A stretch of DNA of 64,000 bases from Dehalococcoidia bacterium. GTDB taxonomy: Bacteria; Chloroflexota; Dehalococcoidia; UBA2979. Location of the stretch: positions 288,001 to 352,000 of the forward strand of contig OZ219872.1 in NCBI GenBank assembly GCA_964291495.2, read 5' to 3'. Both the position numbers and the translations under genes were made by a program. Below, one piece after another: positions 9,614 through 19,741 of the stretch (positions within the stretch are counted from its first letter, which is position 1; the number at the start of each line of letters is the position of its first letter). The notes beneath the pieces were generated by a model that was given only the letters and a program-made list of their open reading frames with translations, was not told the DNA's origin and did no database searches.

Positions 9614-10732
9614 TCAGGACGAGGTGCGCGAGGGCAGCGCGACGACCACCGGGCCGGGCCCGACGGAGATGCCCTGCGACATCTCCGAGCGGATCTCCAG
9701 CTCCACCAGGTGCTCGCCGTTCTCCACCCACTTGCGCTTGACCTCGCCGGAGGTGGTCACGGTCTCGCCGACGACGTTGAAGATGTTCATGCGGAACGGG
9801 CCGGTCTTCTTGAAGCGGCCCGCGAGGCCGGCGTACTCGCGCACGCAGCGCTCCCACCAGCCCTGGATGAAGCCGTTGTTGGCGTACATCTCGGGCGCGC
9901 CCGTCGCGATCGAGACCGGGCTGTTGTGGTGGATCTGGTTGAAGTCGCGGTTCGCCCCTGCCTCGACGATCAGCCGCGCGATCGTGACGTTGATCGTGAC
10001 CGGCGGTACCGGGTCGCCCTCCTGGACGTCCTCGAAGTAGCGCTGCTGCGACCAGTCGATCTCGTCCGCCGCGCCGACGGCGACGTTACGGATCGCCAGC
10101 AGGTCTTCCTCCTCCGGCTCCTCGTCCTCCTCCGGGGGCGGTGGCGCGGAGGCGGAGGGCCGAGGGGTATCGAAGGCGACGTAGCGGTAGCCGCCGTTGC
10201 GCAGCAGCGCCACCAACTCGCCGCGCTGGTTGACGACCTGGCGCTCCCAGATCATGAACGCGCCCCGGCCCACGCGCGTCTCGCGAGGCAGGCAGGAGAT
10301 CAGCTTGCGGCCCTTCACGGTGAGCCGATCCCCGACGACGGGCGGCTCGTGGTACTCGATCTCGATGTCCGTGGCGAAGCCGGCTGTCGTCGGCGGCTCC
10401 GGTGGCTCCGGCATTACCGGCCCGCGCGCCCTCGGAATATCGACGTGCGGGTGCGCCAGCGGGTAGCGCGTACCCTGGCCGGGCCGCCAGAGGCCGACAT
10501 CGATCCACGTCGAGGAAACGCCGCTGTGCGGCGCGAGGATGCCGGCGTAGCCGTGCGCCTTCGCGACCTCCTCGTCGTAATGCAGCGGGCACGAGAACTC
10601 GAGCGGCTCGCAGTAGCGGCGGATCGTCGCGCGCTCGATCTCGTCGACGGCGGTCGATTCGATGCCGCCCGAGAAGTCCTGCCCGACGACGTCGACCGTC
10701 GGTTGCCAGGCTTGCGTCCAGTCATCGCTCAT
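9614..10732 (-). CDS. Fused double hot-dog MaoC-family dehydratase
   Basis: N-term IERATIRRYCE...PLHYD (FAS1-type dehydratase-like); C-term RYFEDVQEGD, NRDFNQIHHN hydratase motif. Confidence 0.8.
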   Translation of the reverse strand: MSDDWTQAWQPTVDVVGQDFSGGIESTAVDEIERATIRRYCEPLEFSCPLHYDEEVAKAHGYAGILAPHSGVSSTWIDVGLWRPGQGTRYPLAHPHVDIPRARGPVMPEPPEPPTTAGFATDIEIEYHEPPVVGDRLTVKGRKLISCLPRETRVGRGAFMIWERQVVNQRGELVALLRNGGYRYVAFDTPRPSASAPPPPEEDEEPEEEDLLAIRNVAVGAADEIDWSQQRYFEDVQEGDPVPPVTINVTIARLIVEAGANRDFNQIHHNSPVSIATGAPEMYANNGFIQGWWERCVREYAGLAGRFKKTGPFRMNIFNVVGETVTTSGEVKRKWVENGEHLVELEIRSEMSQGISVGPGPVVVALPSRTSS

Positions 10733-10891
10733 CGAGTCACTCCTCTGCACCCCCGCCCCCGACGGCGGCCCGTCAGTGGCGGCCCGACAGTTCGTAGCGA
10801 AGGGTCCGGCGCGGTGTCAATAGCGGGACGGGCAGACGGCGGGGCGGGCGCGGGACTGTGCGCCCGTCCGGCGAGGCACTATCCTGCCCTC

Positions 10892-11797
10892 GTGACACAT
10901 CTCATCTTCGACGAGCGCCAGGAGCTGGACCGGCCGATCCTGATCGCGGCCTGGTCCGGCTGGAACGACGCCGGCGAGTCCGCGACCGGCGCGATCCGCT
11001 TCATGCTGCGCCGCTGGCGATCGAAGGCCTTCGCCCGCATCGACCCGGAGCACTTCTACGATTTCACCCAGGCCCGCCCCAAGGTGAAGCTGGAGAACGG
11101 CGAGCGTGTCCTCGAGTGGCCATCGAACCACTTCTCCTCCCGCCGCCGCGAGGGCGACGCGCAGGACATCGTGCTGCTGGAAGGCGTGGAGCCGCACCTC
11201 TCCTGGCACGCGTACTCCGACACGATCATGGAGTGCTGCGAGGCACTCGGCATCGACACCGTGATCACGCTCGGGGCGCTCCTCGCGGAGGCGAGCCACT
11301 CGCGCCCGATCCGCGTCTCCGGCAGCTCCGAGGACGCCGGGCTGCGCGCGCAACTCGGCCTCGATCCGCCGCGGACGACCGGATACCAGGGACCGACCGG
11401 CATCGTCGGCGTGCTCAACAACCGCCTCCGCGACGCCGGCTACCGCACGGCCTCGATGTGGGCGAACGTGCCGCACTACGTGAACGCCTCGCCAAACCCC
11501 AAGGGCGCGCTCGCCATCCTCGAGCAGCTCAACGCCAGCCTGAACCTTGAGCTCAGCCTGCACGATCTGGAGGTCTTCGCCGCCCGCTTCGACGCGCAAG
11601 TCGGGGCCGAGATCGCCAAGAACCCGGAGATGGCCGAGTACGCACGCCGCATCGAGGAGCAGCTCGAGGAGCAGGAGCAGGAAGAGGCCGCCGCCGAGGA
11701 GGAAGCCGCCTCGGGCGGTGGCGCCGCCCTGCCCGACGCCCAGGATATGGTCGACGAGCTGGAACGCTTCCTGCGCGAGCAGCGCGACGGCGAGTAG
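10892..11797 (+). CDS. PAC2 family (proteasome assembly chaperone-like) protein
   Basis: WSGWNDAGESAT, FYDFTQARP, GVEPHLSW, YQGPTGIVGVL, WANVPHYV, C-term ELERFLRE. Confidence 0.88.
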   Translation: MTHLIFDERQELDRPILIAAWSGWNDAGESATGAIRFMLRRWRSKAFARIDPEHFYDFTQARPKVKLENGERVLEWPSNHFSSRRREGDAQDIVLLEGVEPHLSWHAYSDTIMECCEALGIDTVITLGALLAEASHSRPIRVSGSSEDAGLRAQLGLDPPRTTGYQGPTGIVGVLNNRLRDAGYRTASMWANVPHYVNASPNPKGALAILEQLNASLNLELSLHDLEVFAARFDAQVGAEIAKNPEMAEYARRIEEQLEEQEQEEAAAEEEAASGGGAALPDAQDMVDELERFLREQRDGE

Positions 11798-11953
11798 TAG
11801 CCCCCGTCGCAACCGTCCCCACCGAGTACCGCGCCCGGACGCAGCGCTTGAGGACTGCAGGCGCCGGTCCCGGCTCGAACGGGAACTTCCGGCGCTCCCG
11901 CAACGTCAGGTACCCATCGCACCCCGCAGCGTTGCGGGAGATGGGCCAACCCG

Positions 11954-14065
11954 ATGCGGAGCATCCCCAGATCGTTCGCACTCCCCTTCCTGCTCACGGC
12001 CGCACTGACGGCGGGCGCCCTCGTTGCATGCAGCGGCGCCTCGGACGAGCGGCCCGCGCCGGCACCCGCACCGACCGCCGCCACGACAGCGATCCCGACA
12101 CCCACACCAGCGCCGATCGCTGCCGCTACCCCGCGAGCCACGGCCACGCCAGCGCCGAAGGCCGCCGCTACGACGACAACCACGGCCACCCCGACTCCCT
12201 CGGCCGCCGCCACGCCCACCGTCTCCACGACGCCCCCGGCCAGGCCCCGGCCCGCGCCGACTGTCACCCCCTCACCAGCCCCGACGCCCGCCGTCACACC
12301 TGCGCCCGCGCCGACTGTCACCCCGACACCCGCCGCCGCACGCGCGCCGGCCGCCACCCCGGCCTCCACAGCGGAGCCGACACCAACGCCGCCGCTCTGT
12401 GCGGCTGAGGCTTCCCCCGCAGCGCCTACCTCCGTCCCCGCGGTAGCAACCGGTACAGGCCTCGTCAGCCGCGAAGACCTCGGGATTCGCGAGGTCGATA
12501 CCGCCGACGCGCTCGCGACGGCCGGTCTGCGCTACGTGCGCTGCGCGGCCGGGGAGGTTGTGCCGCAACAGGTCGGGCTCTACCTGCTGGACGTCGAGAC
12601 GGGCGAGGTCGAAGGGTGGGCGCTGGCGTCCCTCGAGACGGCCGACCCCGATAGCTTCATCAGCGCCGATGTCAGTCTCTCGCCGGGGAACCGCTTCCTC
12701 TCCTTCGACCGATTCCAGCACGACCGCGAGACCGGGCTGACCTTCGAGTGGGATGCGCCCCCGCTCCAACGGTGGGGCTCGCGGGACGACGAGTGGCGGC
12801 TGCTCTTCCGGATGCCGGACGAGGGAGGCGACCGCTTCGTTGTCACGGACGGCACGCTGCAGCCGGTCGCCCAGTTCGCCCTCCCTCACGGCCAGGAAGG
12901 TGTGCTCCAGTGGCTCAACTTCCAGCACCGTTCCCTCGTCGTGCGCGGTCAGCAGCGCGACGGAGGTTCACACCGCTACCTGCACTTCTTCGACCTCGGC
13001 GATGAGATCGCGGGGGCCTTCGAGCCGAGCGCAACACAAGTGCTCCCGGGCGGCGCGGAGGCCTGGAGCGAGGGGCAGTACCGGCTGAGCCACCTCGGTT
13101 CGAGCATCGAGCTCGCGGTTGCGGATCCCGATTCCTGCCACGTCATGCACTACGGCTGGGACGGCGCCTCGCTGCTCGCTGTCTCCGTCCCCGTCTCGCC
13201 GCGGTACGGACCGCGCGACTGCCGCATCTCCCCGGATGGCCGCTGGCTGACCGCGGTCACGGCCACGGCCGCTACCGGCACCTCGTGGGGCGCCCCCATC
13301 GGCATGGCCGTCTCCCTCCTCGACACGACCACCGGCGCCGAGGTCTACCGCGTCAAGGGCGTGGACGGGCCCGGCCGGTGGCTCGACGACAGCTCCGGTA
13401 TCTCCATGCACACCAGCCGAGGCGCCCGGATCGTGACCCTCGACGGACAGTGGGCAGAAGAGGCGCCGGAACCTGCTCGCACGCGCGTGAGACCGGCTCT
13501 CGCAAGCACCGCGCCGGCGCCCGCGCGGAAGCCACCGGAGTACCGCATAGACGAAAGGAAGAGGACAGCCACCGTGCGGGACCATGAAGGCGAAACGCTC
13601 GCCTCGGTGCGCTTCGCAGAGCCCGGGAGCTCCGAGGGCAGCTACTTCGGGTACTACGACATCTCCGGCTCGTGGGGCGAGACACGCGACGAGCTGCGGG
13701 TCCGCGTGTCGATCTACCCGTATGGCCGTTGCGGGTGTGGTGGGGAGTACAAGGGCGAGCCACCCCTCGCTCCCGTGATCGAGTCGCCGCCGTTCGAGGA
13801 CCACCTGCAGGTCGAGGTCATCGTCGACACCTGCCTGCGCCTGCGCCAGGAGCCGTCGCTCTCCGCAACGGTGCTGGACTGCCTCCCGAGTGGAACCATC
13901 CTGGACACGGACGACTACGCGCTCGACTACTACAACGCGCATCCGTTCATGCGCGTGCGCACCGCCGACGGCCTCGAGGGCTGGGCGAGCGCCGACTACC
14001 TGCGCTGGGTCTCGGACGGCGTGGAGCTCGAGGGCGAGCGGATGCACTACTACTTCGGCGTCTAG
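11954..14065 (+). CDS. Secreted lipoprotein: Pro/Thr/Ala linker, beta-propeller-like core, C-terminal SH3b-like domain
   Basis: Lipobox LVAC; ~110-aa PTPTP-rich linker; SPGNRF/SPDGRW repeats; CLRLRQEPSL...RVRTADGLEGWASADYL. Confidence 0.7.
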   Translation: MRSIPRSFALPFLLTAALTAGALVACSGASDERPAPAPAPTAATTAIPTPTPAPIAAATPRATATPAPKAAATTTTTATPTPSAAATPTVSTTPPARPRPAPTVTPSPAPTPAVTPAPAPTVTPTPAAARAPAATPASTAEPTPTPPLCAAEASPAAPTSVPAVATGTGLVSREDLGIREVDTADALATAGLRYVRCAAGEVVPQQVGLYLLDVETGEVEGWALASLETADPDSFISADVSLSPGNRFLSFDRFQHDRETGLTFEWDAPPLQRWGSRDDEWRLLFRMPDEGGDRFVVTDGTLQPVAQFALPHGQEGVLQWLNFQHRSLVVRGQQRDGGSHRYLHFFDLGDEIAGAFEPSATQVLPGGAEAWSEGQYRLSHLGSSIELAVADPDSCHVMHYGWDGASLLAVSVPVSPRYGPRDCRISPDGRWLTAVTATAATGTSWGAPIGMAVSLLDTTTGAEVYRVKGVDGPGRWLDDSSGISMHTSRGARIVTLDGQWAEEAPEPARTRVRPALASTAPAPARKPPEYRIDERKRTATVRDHEGETLASVRFAEPGSSEGSYFGYYDISGSWGETRDELRVRVSIYPYGRCGCGGEYKGEPPLAPVIESPPFEDHLQVEVIVDTCLRLRQEPSLSATVLDCLPSGTILDTDDYALDYYNAHPFMRVRTADGLEGWASADYLRWVSDGVELEGERMHYYFGV

Positions 14066-14173
14066 GCTCGGCGGGCGCCTTCCCCGCTCGCAGTCCCCGT
14101 CAGAGCACAGATCCCGCGGCGATTGGGCGCTGGCGGCGTCAGGTGGTACGATGCGCGGCAGCAATCGCAGGCG

Positions 14174-14205
14174 CTCTTTAATCCGGTCCCGCGAGGCCGG
14201 GAAGG
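14174..14205 (+). promoter_or_regulatory. PyrR binding loop (pyr attenuator leader)
   Basis: CTCTTTAATCCGGTCCCGCGAGGCCGGGAAGG fits the CUUUAA...GUCC-n-GnGAGG...AAGG PyrR site; directly upstream of pyrR. Confidence 0.88.
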
Positions 14206-14267
14206 ACGCAGCAGATGAATGCTCTCACGTTTGCGGTACCGGGACGCGCCACGTCCCACCCTCGTTT

Positions 14268-14298
14268 CCCCTCCCCGGAACGCGGAGGGGCTTTTTTT
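14268..14298 (+). terminator. Attenuator intrinsic terminator of pyr leader
   Basis: CCCCTCC-9 nt-GGAGGGG followed by C and T7. Confidence 0.88.
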
Positions 14299-14338
14299 GC
14301 CCACCAGCAGCTCCCCACCCCATCGCGGAGCCGCCTCA

Positions 14339-14938
14339 TTGGCTGACCCGACGGAACAGGCTGAGACCGCACGCAGCGGGGACCTCGCGGCCGCTCGCGG
14401 CGGCGGGCCGCTGCTCGACGCCGACGGCATCGGGCGCACCACGCGCCGCCTCGCCCACGAGATCGTCGAGCGCAACGGCGGACCCGAGGGGCTCGTGCTC
14501 GTCGGCATCCCCAGCCGCGGCGCCGTCCTCGCCGAGCGCCTCGCCGAGCTGATCGGCGGCTTCGAGGGCGAGCGGCCGCCCCTCGGCAGGCTCGACATCA
14601 CGCTGCACCGCGACGATCTCGCCTCGCGCGGGCTACGCAGCGTGCCGCGCAGCAGCGAGCTGCCGGACATCGAGGGCCGCAACGTCGTCCTCGTCGACGA
14701 CGTGCTGTTCACCGGCCGCACCGTGCGCGCCGCCCTCGACGCGCTCAACGACTTCGGACGCCCGCACCGCGTCAGCCTCGCGGTGCTGATCGACCGCGGC
14801 CACCGCGAGCTGCCGATCCGCGCCGACGTGGTCGGCAAGAACATCCCCACCGCTCGCGGCGACCAGGTGCAGGTACTGCTCGACGAGGTCGACGGCCGTG
14901 ACGCCGTCGTCGTCATCCCCGGAAGGGATAGACCGTGA
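14339..14938 (+). CDS. pyrR: Bifunctional pyr operon regulator / uracil phosphoribosyltransferase
   Basis: [52 protein letters not shown]; TTG start inferred. Confidence 0.95.
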   Translation: MADPTEQAETARSGDLAAARGGGPLLDADGIGRTTRRLAHEIVERNGGPEGLVLVGIPSRGAVLAERLAELIGGFEGERPPLGRLDITLHRDDLASRGLRSVPRSSELPDIEGRNVVLVDDVLFTGRTVRAALDALNDFGRPHRVSLAVLIDRGHRELPIRADVVGKNIPTARGDQVQVLLDEVDGRDAVVVIPGRDRP

Positions 14939-16014
14939 CCACCGAGACCCACGAGACTCCCGGCGCGAGCGCCGCGCCGCTGCTCCCCGGGAGCGGCGAG
15001 CCGCTGGCGGCCGCGCCCGAGCCGGGCCCGTGGCGGCATCGCCACGTCCTGGACCTCGACGACTTCGGGGCGGACGAGATCGAGACGGTACTCGAGCTCG
15101 CGGGGCAGATGGCCGAGGTGCTGGAGCGGCGCATCGCGCGCGTGCCCGCGCTGCGCGGCCACACGATCGTCAACCTCTTCTACGAGCCCTCGACGCGCAC
15201 GCGCGCCTCCTTCGAGCTTGCCGGCAAGGTGCTGGGCGCGGACGTGCTCTCGGTCAGCGCCAGCACGTCCTCCGTGCAGAAGGGCGAGTCGTTGATCGAC
15301 ACGGTGCGCACGCTGCGCGCGATGGGCGCCGGCATCCTCGTGATGCGCCACGCCTCGTCGGGCGCGCCCTACCTCGCCGCGCGGCACACGGACGCCGCGA
15401 TCGTCAACGCCGGCGACGGCGCGCACGCGCACCCCACGCAGGCGCTGCTCGACCTCTACACGATGCGCAGCCACTTCGGAGACCTCGAGGGGAAGCGCGT
15501 CGTCATGGTCGGCGACATCGCCCACTCGCGCGTCGCCCGCTCGGACCTGTGGGGGCTCTCGGCGATGGGCGCCGAGGTGGTGGTCTGCGGGCCGCCCACG
15601 CTGCTGCCCCACGGCCTGCGGCCCGGCGACCGTCCCGAGCACGCCGAGGCCGCCCTCCCCCACGTCGAGGTGGAGACCGACATCGAACGCGCGATCGAGG
15701 GCGCACACGTCGTGATGGCGCTGCGCCTGCAGAGCGAGCGCCAGCAGGGCGGCCTGCTGCCCTCGCTGCACGAGTACTCGCTGCACTACCAGGTCACGGC
15801 GAAGCGTCTCGCGCGCGCGCACCCGGACCACCTGCTCATGCACCCCGGCCCGAAGAACGAGGGCGTCGAGATCGCCCGCGAGGTCGCCGGCGGCGGCCGC
15901 TCGATGATCGAGGAGCAGGTCACCAACGGCGTCGCCGTGCGCATGGCGCTGCTCTACCTGCTGGCGCTGGGCCGCGACGCCGCAGCCGCGAGCAGTGGGA
16001 AGGACGCATCGTGA
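14935..16014 (+). CDS. pyrB: Aspartate carbamoyltransferase catalytic subunit
   Basis: [36 protein letters not shown]. Confidence 0.97.
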   Translation: MTTETHETPGASAAPLLPGSGEPLAAAPEPGPWRHRHVLDLDDFGADEIETVLELAGQMAEVLERRIARVPALRGHTIVNLFYEPSTRTRASFELAGKVLGADVLSVSASTSSVQKGESLIDTVRTLRAMGAGILVMRHASSGAPYLAARHTDAAIVNAGDGAHAHPTQALLDLYTMRSHFGDLEGKRVVMVGDIAHSRVARSDLWGLSAMGAEVVVCGPPTLLPHGLRPGDRPEHAEAALPHVEVETDIERAIEGAHVVMALRLQSERQQGGLLPSLHEYSLHYQVTAKRLARAHPDHLLMHPGPKNEGVEIAREVAGGGRSMIEEQVTNGVAVRMALLYLLALGRDAAAASSGKDAS

Positions 16015-17390
16015 GCACGCTCGCCATCCACAACGGCCGCGTGATCGACCCCGCCCTCGGGCGCGACGGCATCGCCGATGTCGTGATCGTCGACGGGCGC
16101 GTCGCGCGCGTCGGCCCGAACGAGGGCGACGCCGTGATCGAGGCGGACCGCATCGACGCGACCGGGCTGGTCGTGACGCCCGGCTTCGTCGACCTCCACG
16201 TCCACCTCCGCGAGCCGGGCTTCGAGTACAAGGAGACGATCGCCAGCGGTACGGTCGCCGCCGCGCGCGGCGGCTTCACCACCGTCTGCGCGATGCCGAA
16301 CACCGACCCGCCTCTGGACCGCCGCGCCGCCGTCGAGTCCGTGCTGCGCCAGGCCGAGGAGCACGCCGCCGTGCGCGTGCTGCCCCTCGGCTGCATCACG
16401 CGCGAGCGCGCGGGCAAGGAGCTCGCGCCCGCGGGCGAGCTGGCGCAGGCGGGCGTCGTCGCGCTCTCCGACGACGGCGACGCCGTCGCCGACGCGCGGC
16501 TGATGCGCCATGCCCTGGAGTACGCGGGCGCGTTCGGCCTGCCGATCTCGCAGCACTGCGAGGACCCGGCGCTCGTCCACGAGGGGCAGATGCACGAGGG
16601 CTGGGTCGCGACGCGGCTCGGGCTGCGCGGGCGCCCCGCCAGCGCGGAGGAGACCTTCGTCGCGCGCGACATCGCCCTCGCCGAGCTGGCCGGGGCGCAC
16701 CTGCACATCGCCCACGTCTCGACCGCCGGCTCGGTCGCGCTGATCCGGGCGGCCCGCGAGCGCGGCGTGCGCATCACCGCCGAGGTGACCCCGCACCACC
16801 TCACGCTCACCCACGAGGAGGTCGGCTTCGGTTCGTCCGGCTCGCACGCCGCCGCCAACGGCGAGGGCGCCAACGGATACCGCAGCATCGCCTACCACTC
16901 CAACGCCAAGGTCAACCCGCCGCTGCGCTCGCACGGCGACGTGGCCGCCTGCGCCGAGGCGCTGCGCGACGGCGTGATCGACGCGATCGCGACGGACCAC
17001 GCCCCGCACGCCGTCTCCGACAAGGAGATCGAGTTCGACCTCGCCGAGGCCGGCATCAGCGGCCTCGAGACCGCCCTCGGTCTCTCGATGAGCCTCGTCC
17101 ACGACGGCCGCATCGAGTTGCCGACGCTGGTCGAGCGGCTCACCGCCGGTCCCGCTCGCGCCTGGAGCCTGGACAGCCGCCCCGGCCTCGAGGGCCTCGG
17201 CACGCTCTCGCCGGGCGCCGTCGGGGATGTCGCCATCCTCGACCCGGACGCCACCTGGACCGTGACGCCCGAGGAGTTCGCCTCGATGGGCAAGAACACG
17301 CCGATCGCCGGGCGCGAGCTGCGCGGCCGCGTGCTGGCGACCGTCTACGGCGGGAGCGTCGTGCACGCGCTGGAGGGGGTCGCCCTGTGA
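16011..17390 (+). CDS. pyrC: Dihydroorotase
   Basis: DLHVHLREPG, MPNT, KVNPPLR, ATDHAPH; GTGA overlap with pyrB. Confidence 0.96.
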   Translation: MSTLAIHNGRVIDPALGRDGIADVVIVDGRVARVGPNEGDAVIEADRIDATGLVVTPGFVDLHVHLREPGFEYKETIASGTVAAARGGFTTVCAMPNTDPPLDRRAAVESVLRQAEEHAAVRVLPLGCITRERAGKELAPAGELAQAGVVALSDDGDAVADARLMRHALEYAGAFGLPISQHCEDPALVHEGQMHEGWVATRLGLRGRPASAEETFVARDIALAELAGAHLHIAHVSTAGSVALIRAARERGVRITAEVTPHHLTLTHEEVGFGSSGSHAAANGEGANGYRSIAYHSNAKVNPPLRSHGDVAACAEALRDGVIDAIATDHAPHAVSDKEIEFDLAEAGISGLETALGLSMSLVHDGRIELPTLVERLTAGPARAWSLDSRPGLEGLGTLSPGAVGDVAILDPDATWTVTPEEFASMGKNTPIAGRELRGRVLATVYGGSVVHALEGVAL

Positions 17391-18499
17391 GCGAGCCGCG
17401 ACCGGCCGCACGCCTCGTGCTCGCGGACGGCCGCGTGTTCGAGGGCGAGGGCTTCGGCGCGCCCGTCGCCGCCACCGGCGAAGTGGTCTTCAACACCTCG
17501 ATGACCGGCTACCAGGAGGCGCTCACCGACCCCTCCTACGGCGGCCAGATCCTGACGATGACCTACCCGCTGCAGGGCAACTACGGCATCAACACCGGCG
17601 ATGACGAGAGCGCGCGCATCCAGGTGCGCGGCTTCGTCGTCCGCGAGCTGACCGACCTGCCGTCGCACTGGCAGAGCGTCCGCCGCCTCGACGAGTACCT
17701 CGCCGAGGCGGGCGTGCCCGCGATCGCCGGAATCGACACGCGCGCCCTGACGCGCCACCTGCGCTCGCACGGCGTGGTGATGGGCACGATCACCCGCGAC
17801 GAGTCGCCGCAGGAGGCGCTGGCACGGCTGCACAGCGAGCCCATGTACGGCACCGAGGACTACGTCGCCGAGGTCTCCACCTCGGTCCCCTACGAGTTCG
17901 GCGAGGGCGCGGACAACGGCGATGGGCCGGGCCCGCACATCGTCGTCGTCGACCTCGGCGTGAAGCGCAACATCATGCGGCACCTGCGGCGGCGCGGCTG
18001 CCGCGTGACCGCCGTGCCGAGCACGGCGAGCGCCGAGGACGTGCTCGCGCACGGCCCGGACGGCGTGCTGCTCTCGCCCGGCCCCGGCGACCCGATGCTG
18101 CTCGACCACGTCGTCGAGGCCTCGCGCGGGCTCGTCGGGCGCACGCCGCTGATGGGGATCTGCCTCGGGCACCAGGTGATCGGCCGCCTCTTCGGGGCCT
18201 CGACGTACAAGCTGAAGTTCGGGCACCGCGGCGCGAACCACCCGGTGATCGACAAGCCCACCGGGCGCGTCTACATCACCTCGCAGAACCACGGCTACGC
18301 CGTCGACGGCGACGGGCTCGAGGCCGCCGTCGAGGTGGAGCAGGTGCACCTCAACGACGGTACGGTCGAGGGCCTGCGCCACCGCGAGCTGCCGCTGTTC
18401 ACGATCCAGTACCACTCCGAGGCCTCGCCGGGCCCGCACGACACCGAGTTCCTGTTCGACCGCTTCCTCGAGAGCGTGCGCGCCGAGGGGAGCCGCTGA
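17387..18499 (+). CDS. carA: Carbamoyl-phosphate synthase small subunit
   Basis: GEVVFNTSMTGYQE, LSPGPGDP, GICLGHQ, QNHGY, QYHSEASPGP. Confidence 0.97.
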   Translation: MSEPRPAARLVLADGRVFEGEGFGAPVAATGEVVFNTSMTGYQEALTDPSYGGQILTMTYPLQGNYGINTGDDESARIQVRGFVVRELTDLPSHWQSVRRLDEYLAEAGVPAIAGIDTRALTRHLRSHGVVMGTITRDESPQEALARLHSEPMYGTEDYVAEVSTSVPYEFGEGADNGDGPGPHIVVVDLGVKRNIMRHLRRRGCRVTAVPSTASAEDVLAHGPDGVLLSPGPGDPMLLDHVVEASRGLVGRTPLMGICLGHQVIGRLFGASTYKLKFGHRGANHPVIDKPTGRVYITSQNHGYAVDGDGLEAAVEVEQVHLNDGTVEGLRHRELPLFTIQYHSEASPGPHDTEFLFDRFLESVRAEGSR

Positions 18500-18978
18500 T
18501 GGCCGCGTCGCAGCCACCTCCGGGGCCGCTGTGCCGCCGCGCCGTCGCGGACGACGCAGCGCAGATCGCCGAGATCATCGCCGAGCTGATCGAGGAGCCG
18601 CAGCCCGTCGCCTTCGACCGCGCGCTCAGCGCCGCCGAGGTGCAAGACGCCTGGCTGGGCGGAGACGACGGCGGCGCGGCAGTCTTCGTCATCGAGGAGG
18701 CGGGCAGGCTGCTCGCCTTCGCCGTCGTTGAGCCGCTCGAGGGCGCCTCGGAGGACTGCTCGCTCGGCGCCTGGGTGCGCGAGGCGGAGCGCCGCAAGGG
18801 CTACGCGACGACGCTCGCCGAGGAGGCGCTGGCGTTCACGCGCGAGCGCGGCTACCAGGCGATCCGCGCGCGCCTGCCCGAGGACAATGAGCCGGCGCTC
18901 TCCTACCTGTCGTCGATCGGCGCGCTGGTGCCCCTCGCCAACCCCGGCGCGCACTTCGTGCTGCCAGCAGAGGAGTGA
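18499..18978 (+). CDS. GNAT family N-acetyltransferase
   Basis: WVREAERRKGYATTL, NEPALSY..SIG; TGATG overlap with carA. Confidence 0.8.
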   Translation: MAASQPPPGPLCRRAVADDAAQIAEIIAELIEEPQPVAFDRALSAAEVQDAWLGGDDGGAAVFVIEEAGRLLAFAVVEPLEGASEDCSLGAWVREAERRKGYATTLAEEALAFTRERGYQAIRARLPEDNEPALSYLSSIGALVPLANPGAHFVLPAEE

Positions 18979-19741
18979 CCGTGAGCGAGCAAGCCACCCC
19001 GACCCCGGACACCTCCCACTACGCCGAGAAGCGCGCTCGAGACTGGGAGGCGTTCACCTCTGGCGAGGGCCCACCCGCGAGCCACTGGGAGCTGTGGGCC
19101 GAGGAGTCGTTTGACTGGCGACCGGCGATCAGCTTCTTCCAGCCCGTCGGCAAGGACTACGAGGGCCTCGCCGAGCGCGTCCAGCCGCTGTTCGACGCCC
19201 TCGAGGGCCTCGAGGAGGTCGAGCTGCCGCCGGCCAGCTTCCTGCACCTGACCATGCTGCAGATCGGGTTCCTGCGCGCCGCCGACATCTATTGGTCGCA
19301 GGTGGAGACGTTCTACGTGAACGCCGCGCCGCGGCTGCACCGCATCGAGCCGTTCAGCATCCGCATTGGCGGCGTCTCGGCGAGCGCGGACGCGCTCTAC
19401 CTCGGCGTCGACGACGGCCTCGTCCTGCGCGAGGCGCGGCGGCTGATCGCCCTCGGCGTGCCGAAGGTCTACCAGGTGTTCCGGGAGGCCGGCATCGAGA
19501 CCGGCGAGGCCGACCCCTTCGTTCCGGAGATCCCCTTCGCCTACTTCACCGGCAAGGGCGATCGCGCGCGGGTGATCGAGGCGATCACGCCACACCTCGA
19601 TGCCGATCTGGGCGAGTACCCGGTGAGCCACATCAAATGGGGCGCATCGCGCCGGACCCGGACATCCACTTCCCCGACCCCGACGTCGTCGCCGAGATCA
19701 TCCTCTTCGGCAAGGACTACCGGAAGGGCTACCACAACTGA
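18975..19741 (+). pseudogene. 2H-phosphoesterase (2'-5' RNA ligase)-like protein split by a 1-nt frameshift at ~19637
   Basis: FLHLTM (HxT) motif; protein-like reading shifts at ATCAAATGGGGCGC into [12 protein letters not shown]...GYHN*, whose stop precedes carB; may be a sequencing error. Confidence 0.65.

Noticed and set aside
12050-12400. Repetitive DNA in the lipoprotein gene
   Set aside because: Encodes an ordinary Pro/Thr/Ala linker, as in the SBP and PPIase genes
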